Assembly (NCBI RefSeq): GCF_006345805.1
Contig: NC_043006.1
Span: forward strand, 9,796,001 to 9,860,000
From: Octopus sinensis
Taxonomy: Eukaryota
Length of the DNA: 64,000 nt
Direction: 5' to 3'
Both the position numbers and the translations under genes were made by a program. Positions 52,795-64,000 of this stretch are shown piece by piece (the stretch's first letter is position 1; each line of letters starts with the position of its first letter). The notes under the pieces were generated by a model that made no database searches, was not told where the DNA came from, and saw nothing but the letters and a program-made list of their open reading frames with translations.

Positions 52795-53368
52795 GTGTGG
52801 TGTGTGTGTGTGTGCGTGTGTGTGTGTTATTCAAACAGAAAGTAAAAAGGTGGAGATATAACACCTAACATAAATTTATTATCTGCAAATATCAAACATA
52901 GTCCCTTACAGCTGCTTCAGTTTGGCCAAACAGATTAAATAAGAAATAATGAAATCATTATATTAGGCATATTCTATTGAGAAGGTTTGAAAAAAGATAT
53001 ACCGCTAGGTTGAAGTGTTGCGTTTTAAAATCATCACAGCAGACTGAATATTGTGTTATGACTAATATTGGCATATGCCCAGATTAGGAGGTTATATGTT
53101 GTTTTAGTGAGTAATGAATAATATATGAATGTAATTAGGGTAATAATGGGTAAATAAATAGAGGTTGAATGGTAAATTGCAGTGAATAAGTGTATAATAT
53201 GAGTGAGGAGATAAAATAAATACTCAGGTAATTTGTTTATAACGGTGCGGGAAATTTATATAAAAAATATATTAACATGTTTAACAATGGTAAAAAAGCA
53301 TTCCACTTTTAATTCAGTGCATATACCTACATATACATACACATATATATATACGCATCTAACTATAA

Positions 53369-53427
<59 letters not shown>

Positions 53428-54267
53428 ATAGGTGGGAGAGTTAACCTTATAACACAAGGCTTCTGTAGCTTTTTCATTCTTTCTTATTTTTTTTATATAT
53501 ATATTCACATATACACGCACACACATATATGGAGATATATACATGTATGTGCAACAATTCTCGTAACCGAATACATATGAAGTAACACACATATATATTT
53601 ATCTATGTATGTATATATATAAATATATATGCATGTGTATATGTATATATATATATATTCATATATACACACGTACACACATAAATCAACACTCACACAT
53701 AGCACACATTTTGTCATATAAAGCATGTATACCTATATACATGCACGAATACATGTGTGCGAGTAAGTTATGTGTGTATGCACACGCAGATATATATATA
53801 TATATACACACAGCAAAGAAAGTCAGACACAACAATATACAGAGTGTGAGTTTGTGTGGGTACTAATATACACACATATTTGTATATACATGTTTACATG
53901 TATGTGTATATATGTGTATAAAGCGGATGTAATTATGAGATGACTATTGCGTGTGCTTGCGTACGTACCTGTGTGATATTTAGCTTTATTTTTAGGTAAT
54001 TAATTATACTTTAATAACCACATGCGAATTTCTTTAATAATCTATTTTCGACAATTTCCTTTAAAAATTTAGCGTCATCTTCGTATTTCACTGCTTAAGT
54101 TTATAATTACCGCTATGAAGTTGTTAGTTTTATTTTGAACGTTCATAATTTATTGTACTTCGTTTGAATTTTCAGCAATAGATTTCGTTAATTTAAAAGA
54201 AAATTTGCAATGATATTGTTGCGCTGCTAGTTCGTAAATTGCTGCCACAATACTTACAGTTTTCAAA

Positions 54268-54845
54268 GACGGCGTGCTAGCAGAAACGTTAGCACGACGG
54301 GCGAAATGCTTAGCGGTATTAGGTCTACCGCTACGTTCTAAGTACAAATTCCGCCGAGGTCGACTTTGTCGATTAAATACGTACCAGTTACGCACTGGGA
54401 TCGATATAATCGACTTAATCCGTTTGTCCTCTCTGTGTTTATCCCCTTGTGAGCAGTAAAGAAATAGGTATTTCGTCTACCACTACGTTCTGAGTTCAGA
54501 TTCCGCCGAGGTCTACTTTGCCTTTCATCCTTTCGGGGTCGATTAAATAAGTACCAGTTACGCACTGGGGTCGATATAATCAACTTACTCCGTTTCTCTT
54601 TCCTTGTTTGTCCCCTCTGTGTGAAGCTCATTGTAGGCAGTAATGAAATAAGAAACGTTAGCACGCCAGGCGAAATACTTAACAGTATTTCGTCTGTCTT
54701 TACGTTCTGAGTTCACATTCCGCCGAGTTCTTCTTCGCCTGTCATCCTTTCGGGGTCGATAAGTTAAGTACAAGTTGCGTCCTGGGGCCGATTTAATCGA
54801 CTGGCCCCTCCCCCAAAATTACGGGCCTTCTGCCTAAAGGAGAAA
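54268..54845 (+). mobile_element. Nested head-to-tail trimer of SINE family B
   Basis: Three cores in series; junction repeats AGAAACGTTAGCACG (54282-54296, 54651-54665) and GGTATT (54315-54320, 54467-54472). Confidence 0.9.
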
Positions 54846-56225
54846 ATAATATTGCTTTCCATGAAGTATAACTTTCCTATACATTACGATATTTTGGCTT
54901 CAAATTATTTCGTATCGAAGAAGCCTTCTGATTTCCAGGTATATGCCATAATATCGAGGTCGGGTTTCTAAAAAGATCTGCTTGTCTATATTTCTTACAA
55001 TATTTTCGCATCTCTAAAATCTTGCAAGTTTTAATCAATTTTATTTATTTTCTCATACTCCATTTTGGTATTTTTTCACACTTTCTACTCTTGCATTTTT
55101 CCTCATATGTGTGTGTGCGCGCGCGTGTGTGTGCATGTGTGTGCGCGTGTGAGGGTGTGCGCACGTGCGTGAATCTTGTATGCTGACTATAAGCCGTATT
55201 TAACAGTATTTTTGAATAACATCTGTCAAAACTACGTGCTATTAACATTTCAGATGTATTTTGCCTCTGCACTAATCATGGGCAATTCCCAGTCACTATT
55301 CAGGGATTGCACTATTATTACATGAGACTAAAATTTTGAGCCCTATTTGGGATTTTTTTGTTTTTGTTTTTAATGATATGTACTCTTCCATCCTTTCACT
55401 TGGCGAACAATATGTGGTAAAAATTGTTTAAAATAATATATAAAAACATTGAAGATATCTGCTAAAATGTCCTCGTATTTCTGTTTATTGATTTATCCGA
55501 AAAGCAAATTTATTGGTCCACTTGTCTTCTATTTCATTTTTAAGTGATATTCTTAATATGACATGCAACGCTCAGTTGTTTACTTTGTATTATGGCTGCG
55601 GAACTTTGAACATGTTGCTGACAAATAAATTACTATATCTAGTGAACTGGAATATTTGAATATTCAAAAAACCTAGCATGATATTTCGTCGTCATGACGT
55701 GTTATTTTGAATTATGGCTTCCATATATAGTGGTCTGAAACAAAACTAAAATATTAGTAGAAATGTTAGATTTGTCAACAAATCGAAAAAAAAAATCATA
55801 ACTCAATTGTGAAGAATAAGTACGATTTTATAACATCCAATGTAATATTTAAATGCTATATCGACTTGAGAATTTACACGCACCAATAAAATTGAAGCTT
55901 TGTTGACGTGTTTATACTTACTGTTGGCAGAATTCTATAAGACGGAAAATAGAAAACAAACGGCAAATTAGAATAATAATAATGAAGACAAACACCGTAT
56001 CAAAAGTCAGAAAGTACATATTACATGAATTATATAACAGATTATTGAAAAAACTTCCACAGCCACCAAGAACAGAATATAAAGTTACATTAATTACTGT
56101 TATTTGATTCTGTTTGATATTGCGTGAAAATATTGTTGAATTAATAATAAAAAATGACTATTAAATTCACATTTTACTTCTGCTGTCAGAAAAATATAGG
56201 CTTTATGTACGTAAACAATAGGTGA

Positions 56226-56287
<62 letters not shown>

Positions 56288-56342
56288 ATATATATATGCC
56301 TGAATATGCGTATATGCATATATATATATATGAATATATGTA

Positions 56343-56373
<31 letters not shown>

Positions 56374-56411
56374 GTATATATATATACATATATTATATAT
56401 ATATAATATAT

Positions 56412-56445
<34 letters not shown>

Positions 56446-56446
56446 A

Positions 56447-56490
<44 letters not shown>

Positions 56491-56597
56491 CAAATAAGAA
56501 AATGGAGAAACAATTTAGTTGGTTATCAGCTTCAGGATATTAGAATTTTGACGTATTTATTTAACAAAACTAGATCCACAACGCCTACTTACTTGGT

Positions 56598-56637
<40 letters not shown>

Positions 56638-57910
56638 TGATATGCGTATATGTATATGCACAAATAATGTACATATATATATACATAGGCACTCAAAATG
56701 ATGCACAAAGATATATAAATAACTGAATATATTATACTATATTATATTATGTTATATATCATTATTATATGAACAAAGCAACAGCGAACTAGCACATTAT
56801 AATGCATGTTAATTCCTATTATTCTACTGAAATGTTTTACGTCAAAATATAACTTAGTTTAAGAAAATGATAAAATGATAAAAGTGTATGTATGTATGTA
56901 GGAAGGTAGGTACGTTGGTACGGACGTACGTATGTACGTATATATTTATAAATAAATATATGTGTTTATATATGAATACTATGTTTGTAGCAAATATTAA
57001 TATATCACACATCAAAAAAATCGATAGGAACGAGTAAACTTACATTCCAATAAAAATATTCTAATTTGAAACCTACTGCTCTATCTACAGAGGTTTTTGT
57101 CTTCTTTAGAGGAAAATATTGAACTTCATTTCAATATATATTACACATTTTTAAGGGTGCCAATCTAAACGTAACGAAAGTATATACGTTTATACCCACC
57201 GTTTCCTCGCATTTATTGCTGAATAAAATTATAGCCGATCATCATACAGGCTCTTTTTAAGCACTTAAATACGAGATTACTTTCAAAGTGTTGAAACGCC
57301 ACTAAAATGATAAATATTCTGGCGAAATATTTTCAGCTTCAAACTATGTATCTCAATTGATGGGATTTAACAGATTTTGCAGTTTCTGAGGTGTCGCTTA
57401 AAATATAAAACTCTTCCATAACTGCCAATGTGTTTATAGCCTCATAAGGAGACACCAGAAAGCGGGAAGAACTTTTCCTTCTGATATAGTAGGTGAATTT
57501 TACTGCCATATGAGTCACACTTAGCTTCCACAATTAATAAAGTTTTCTGAAAGGTTCCTAAACACAAAATCATTCCTCAGTTTTTTTACACAAGCAAACA
57601 TTTCTTTATTTTAATATTTTCCGTCACTGGTACTGCAGCATTTTCATTTATATTTATTTTTTTAAAGAACACTATTTTATTTTACTTTTTTACTCCTAAA
57701 AAGTGCTTGAATATTCCATTCATCAGTGCATAAATCAAAATCCATTTAATACACAAATTTATGACGTGTTTCGAAATAAATATCTGGTTGCCCAGAAATA
57801 TTTCATATTTTCGCGAAGTTATCTACGCCCTCAAATAATGAATCAAGCTACCATAACAGAATATGCCATTTCTGCAACTCGTCCCCTCGCTTTGCCAAAC
57901 GAATATGACC

Positions 57911-57970
<60 letters not shown>

Positions 57971-57975
57971 ATACC

Positions 57976-58041
<66 letters not shown>

Positions 58042-58104
58042 ATATACATATATATATAGTATTATATTATATATAATATATATATATATGTGTGTGTGTG
58101 TGTG

Positions 58105-58652
58105 AGGTCACTTTCGAGTGATACTGGTAACATGTAACCCAGTACAACCTGTTGCACGGTCGGGTCGTCGGCGACTAAACCGGCAACCCCACCAAGCTTG
58201 CTTGGTGAGGAAGGTGTTTATTGGACACCCTGCGGGATGAAAAACAAGACCCGTCAAAGGGCGGAGGAACTCTTGAGAGTCAACGACCATCCAATAAATG
58301 TCTTAAGGATGTATCATGCGCGGGAACATAGAAATAATCGGACAGAATACCCGATCACGCGGTTAAACCATTGGGAGTGAAGGACTCCTAGGCTTTGTTA
58401 GAGCATCCTTTTAGGAGAAGGTAACTCAGGTAACTGGGATAACTCCGACATAAAAGCTGCGGCTCAGTGGTTACCGATGATGTTGAATTGTTCTTCTCTT
58501 CGGATTATGGCTGCTGTTCCTTAGTGAGTGGGATTGACTCAGTGCACAGCCTTCCTCACTTTAAAAAAAAATCTTCTTGCACAGGCATTGTACGATAACA
58601 ACATTGATTAAGCTTCGTGAAATGGCCATACGCGATAACGAGGAGGCAGCCA

Positions 58653-58654
<2 letters not shown>
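58105..58654 (+). mobile_element. GC-rich, hairpin-rich insert between simple repeats; possible LINE 5' UTR fragment
   Basis: Composition clearly more GC-rich than the flanks, serial hairpins at its 5' end, no coding signature. Family assignment is inference. Confidence 0.35.
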
Positions 58655-58696
<42 letters not shown>

Positions 58697-59169
58697 ATAT
58701 ATATATATACATATATATATAGTATTATATTATATATTGTTTTTAATAACGGGTTATATACATTCAATTATTATAGGCTTACAACTACTTCCTCAGTTAT
58801 GCGCATATTTGAAACAGCAGTAAGCCTATAATAAATAAACAAAAGTACATTACACATCATTTCTGTCAATAGTGTGTATCACTCTGCAAGATTATCTCAA
58901 CTGGGTTCTGGAACTCTTTCTTTTACAATGGCTTTTTTCATAGTGAATCATGTTGAAAATAATTTCGGTTTTTTGGAGTATTCGTTTCAGGTAATGCTTC
59001 TTTACTAGTGTTAGTATGTTTTACATACTGCTGTGTATTGCATGTTACTGCATGTTTTCTTGTTTTATTTTAAATTATTGTTGTAAAACTACTCACGTTG
59101 TAACAGAGCCCTTATATAAAAGTTTGTTTTTATGCTATGATGTAATAAAATACTTCTACCTCAAACTTA

Positions 59170-59625
59170 ATTTAGATTGGGTTTTGCAATTTCTGCTTGT
59201 CCCAGGGAGTAATGCTGTGAAAGTTAACCTTTTAGCTCTACAACAAGAGCGACTATATTATGATCTGAAAGGTCGCTACATATCATTGCTCAAAGACGCC
59301 CACTCATATAGCACGACAATGCCTCAGCACACACTACCAATATGACCGAGTTCAATCTTGGGAAAATAACGGTATTGGAAGCGCTACCTCTCTCTGCCTA
59401 CCCGCCAGGTCTTACATCATTAAATTACCACTATTTCCTGCGCTATGGATCATATCATGCACGTACGGACGTCCAACAATATGGATTGGGTTGGATATCG
59501 GTGTAGAGTTTCTTTGAATCTAAACCAGCCACAGCATATGACCGTAGATTTGAACTTTTGGTCCAATGCTGGCAACAGATAATAGAACATCTGAGAATGT
59601 ATGTTGATGAATTAGCACTTTCCGC
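59170..59625 (+). pseudogene. Mariner catalytic/C-terminal fragment
   Basis: HDNASAH, AYPPGL..NYHYF, FFESKP, WQQIIE remnants. Confidence 0.68.
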
Positions 59626-62342
59626 AAGAAATTCGTTTGAACTATCAATTAAAGCTTCAAATACGAAAACACATTTGATTTATCATTGCCTATAGGACAG
59701 TATAAATTAGCTGCATCTGAGTATATGCCTGAGGTTTTAGAATATACATAATGAAATTTAAATAATTGTGATTTGTAATTATGATTTAGTAACATAACTG
59801 AAACAGAGTTATCTCTAAATTTTAGATTTATGAATTACATAGTTAGAAACATTTGAAAGTCTAGCGTATATTTCAGTATTATGCGTCGTAAAAGAAACAG
59901 TATGTGGTAAACATATATCACTTGAAATAATATTTTTGTTTAATTCATAATTTTCAAAGACTGTAGCGGGAAATTAAGATAACGAAAGACTTAATTTAAA
60001 CTAAAATTGAAAATATGATAACTCGAAGAAAAATATATTTGTTTGTACAAAGGAAAACAAAAGAAATCTCTTTCAGGAAAAGCAATCTTATCAATAACTC
60101 TTATTCGTTCTGAAACTAGTCTTAAGATATGAAAAAGAAAGAATATTGAATATTCGAATGAAATTAAAGCAATTTTGTGGTTTAAATCTGTGGCTGAGAA
60201 TTCAATCGCTGGTTTCACTTACCATTGGTTACTGGTGAAAGTGGCAAGCTAGAAGTAAAAGTCAAATTCAGAAGCCTAAATATATATGACGAGAGCAATA
60301 TATTGAAATAAATTGAGTTACGTACTTTCACCATGGTGAAGACCATTGTTCGCATGTAATACGTGGGTGTTTGCGTTGTTATGTATAATGAAACAAGTTT
60401 CAAGTTATCAGAAATGGAAAACCACACACCAATATACATGTACGCGTAATATCCATGTATAGGCGTGTGAATATGTATTTCTATGTCTATATAGAGTTAT
60501 ACACATACACAAATACAAGGAGATAGACGCGCGTGCGAGTACGCCCACACGTATGTGCGTGACTGTGAATGTAAGGGCCTGTGTATAAACAAAGGAATTA
60601 CACTTCAATATCTTTGGAAATAGCGGACGAACTATATTAAAAGATACGACGCGTACTTACAAGCTGAACTCAGAATGTATTGATTGCAACTTGACGGCTA
60701 TACTCTTGAAACACATCTGTTTATTTTGTTATTACAATTCATGTGACCTCAGTTACTGCTTTAATTTAGTTAAAGGAATATTAAATTTGACAGTTAGGAA
60801 TTGACAACTGAAGTTAAGAATATAGTTCTTGAACGTATGTGATACGATATATAAGACTAGCGACCCAGGTGAGATAGGAGTATGTTAGACTGGTTCTAAG
60901 TAGGATGGAGAGGGGTGTAAGTGATATTTTATTATAGTATTATAGGGAAAGCAAAAATATTTATAGTGACACACAATCCGTGTCACCAAAATATCTTAAG
61001 CATTGCCAAAGCAGACTGTCGGATCATTGCTCAAAATACTGAACTAAAGGATACAATAACGGATCGGGCTATGATTCTAAGTACAAGACAGTTGAAGAAC
61101 CTCAAACAATTATTAAAAATGATGGATCATTCATTGTTTTTAAATGCAATCATATTTGATGAGGTACATGTCAGTTCATACACACCGGAAATATATGAGC
61201 ACAGTAGCAGGAAGAATATTTACAAAGGCAAATATGAATTTCAAAGAAGACATCTAAGTTACTGCATTAAAATGCCCAAATTGTGAAGACGTATACGTTA
61301 CGGACTGGGAATGCATTATTGCAACTTTCAGATATGCACCGACAAATTAGGGACTTGCTACCTTTAGGTAACCATGTGTTAACATGTGGTCAGAAAATCT
61401 TATAATATCCCCCTTCTACAAACCACACAACCCAACTGAAATTGTAAGAAATGTCAGAGAAGAGAATTTCAATGATAAATATAAACCCGTCCTTAACGGA
61501 AGGTTATAATAACGGTGATAAGTATAATGACGGTGACAATAATATTAAGTATTACTGCAATTACAACAGGTACCACTGCCAACAGTAACAACAAGAATAA
61601 TAAAAGTGATGGGGGGATGTTACTAGTTTCCATGAAATGAACATTGACTTGATCTAAATGCAAAAATCGCTGGAGTAACAATATAATTCAATGGAAACTG
61701 AAATGTTGTTTATAATATTTCAAAATATAGCCAAGCCATAGTTCCTTTAGATACGTTCAAAGACCTTGTTTGCTCGGATTTGTAAATGTTCCGGTCTATG
61801 TCTCACTTTCTGCGCTTGTAACGGTTTATCAACCAACAGGAAGCGAGAATAATGGAGTGCTTCACCCCGATGTACAATAAATGGTATCAGCGTGAGAACT
61901 AGCACGCAAGTGACTTCAGATGATGCCCGCGGTGACTTTTTCTTTGAATGCCAACTCGGTTTGTTGTAAATTGACGAATAAAGCAGATTTTAGCAATATC
62001 TTGCATACCGTTTGTATGTATATATTTAAACACACTCAAATAAGGAAACATCGCATTGATGAACAAAATAACACAAAGCTACCATATACATATAGACAAT
62101 CAAGAGTGATCATTAAGTTGGCATTAAATTTTGTGTAGTTTATCCATTACATTCTTCATCTCTTCACAGTTTTCCCCTACATCCTGAAGAAGGGCAATGA
62201 CCTCACAGGTGATAATTACAAGTGTCTACAATACTAAACATCAAATATGTTCGGTCATGAATTTTGCTGTCAATATATTTCAGTCGAAGCCATTCCATCA
62301 CTCTCCTGCAAACTCACCACACCCTACCTATCTCCCTCGACA

Positions 62343-62386
<44 letters not shown>

Positions 62387-62485
62387 TGTGTGTGGTGTGT
62401 GTGTGTGTTGTGTGTGTGTGTGTGTGTGTGTGTATGTATACGTATATGTATGTATATAAAGGCATACTTATATGTATGTATGTAT

Positions 62486-62516
<31 letters not shown>

Positions 62517-62989
62517 CACGCAAACACTGCTCTAAAACAAATACTCCCGACCAACAATCTCATATATATCCGTTTGATTCTCTTTAGACTTTTTTCTATA
62601 TAATTGGACATAGTTGAATAAATAATATCAGTAAAACAGCTTTTAACTTAATGTTGAAATTGTATTTGATAAAATCGAAAACTTGTATGGCTACAGACAG
62701 CTGTATAGATAAAAGCACCACACAACACACACACACACACACACACCACATATATATATATATATATAATATATATATATATATAATATAATATATATAT
62801 ATATATCTATATTGCTATTATGTTAAACTCTCGTATGTCCAAATTTGGCCAAATGTGTTTTTTTTTTAATAGTTATTGTTGCCTGCAATACCCGTTTCTT
62901 TTGGTCAAACTATTGTATCTTCAGTTTTAATTTTCCGAAAAAGCAACGTTTGAACTTACCACGCTTTTGCAAAATAGCAACAATATATA

Positions 62990-63235
62990 TTGGGTCATCC
63001 CCAGAATAACGCGGTTTGCTTATACTTCTTTTATTTTCCAAAATTATGATAAACAGAGTACTTTTTTAATCCTAAATATACTCTCCGTTTTCTACAATAC
63101 TCTTCATCTATCTGGTATACTTGCAAGGTCCCTCTTCAAAAATTCCCTTGCCCGTGACGAAAAATACTCCTCCAGTACTGTTCCGATCCATTCTATAGAA
63201 TTCCTATTTTTTCCGTCTAAATGATGTTAAAGACT
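62990..63235 (-). pseudogene. Mariner 3' terminal fragment with TIR-like end
   Basis: HHLDGK..TVLEEYFSSRAREFLKRDLASIPDR*KSIVENGEYI; ends TA|TTGGGTCATCCC. Confidence 0.62.
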
Positions 63236-63294
63236 GCGGAATAAATGCTAATCAGTTGGGGCATTTATAGAAAACTCTTCTGCCCTTCAGAGAT

Positions 63295-63850
63295 ATAAAA
63301 TGTGAAATTTGTATAATTTTTCATATGGTATTTTTTTTAAAGATATGTAGTAATATGGGAAAATGGTGATTGTTTGAAATATGAATTTAATATTAAAAAT
63401 TACTGTTTTTGATTTTGGTAAGTATAATTTAGTATGAGAGTCTTTAAATCCATATATGCTTCCTTGGTAAGTAACAATACATAATAGTTATGTGTAAAAT
63501 CCATTATATTGTCCTCTATTCCAAATATAGTTCATAGACTTAGATAATATAGAATAATGGAATGGTATATTGATAAGCATTAACTCTTCCCCTCCTCAAA
63601 ATATCAAATGTGAAATTTGTTTAAGTTATCGATTGGTAGTTTTTTTTCTTAGTTATGAAGTAATATGGGAAAATGGTGTTAGTTTGAAATATAACTTAAA
63701 AATTACTGCTTTTTATTTTGGTAAGTAGACTTTAGTATGAGAATCTTGAAATTCATACATGCCTCCTTGGTAAGTCTTCTGTAGTAATCCATAATAATTA
63801 TGTTTAAAATCCATTATATTGTCCTGTATACCAAATATAGTTCATAGACT
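63295..63850 (+). repeat. Diverged tandem duplication, 308-bp offset
   Basis: TGTGAAATTTGT at 63301 and 63609; shared AGTAATATGGGAAAATGGTG and CCAAATATAGTTCATAGACTTA. Confidence 0.85.
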
Positions 63851-64000
63851 TAACATAAAACAAAATTATATGTGAAATTATATAAACAAACAGACAGCTA
63901 AATAGATAGATAGATACATACATACATACATACATACATACATACATACATACGTGCAAACATGAATACATACATACATATATCTGTGTGTGTGTTTGTG

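Noticed and set aside
52900-52935. Minus-strand GAAGCAGCTGTA (palindromic stem III-like)
   Set aside because: GAAA broken and no 5' core or stem II.
58105-58200. HDV-like ribozyme fit
   Set aside because: Could not assign P1/P3/P1.1; the pairings found are simple nested hairpins.
60921-61286. IIFDEVH resembling a DExH Walker B
   Set aside because: No other helicase motif, and the match overlaps a possible GT donor; insufficient support.
62183-62230. CTGAAGAAG core-like word
   Set aside because: No stem II/GAAA partner.

Overview
AT-rich, microsatellite-dense eukaryotic non-coding DNA. The SINE families and the (TA)n/(CA)n load point to an octopod cephalopod genome (inference). No intact protein-coding gene is supportable. 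Most long ORFs are simple-repeat artefacts; the rest are decayed RTE, R4/Dong, CR1 and L1/Tx1-like LINE pieces, mariner remnants and three tRNA-derived SINE families. The main unexplained structure is a set of minimal type-I hammerhead ribozyme (HHR) motifs read directly from the sequence. A ~3 kb island (24.7-27.65 kb) holds four HHR families: a 3x399-bp tandem array with a canonical core and GUC site, a 526-bp duplicate, a G3:C8-core family and a U3:A8-core palindrome. A 4-unit array of the G3:C8 family lies at 43.5-44.6 kb and solo motifs lie at 7.5 and 51.9 kb. Each family has its own palindromic stem III, the layout of dimer-cleaving Penelope-associated HHRs and non-LTR retrozymes. Folding was done by eye and no activity is demonstrated.
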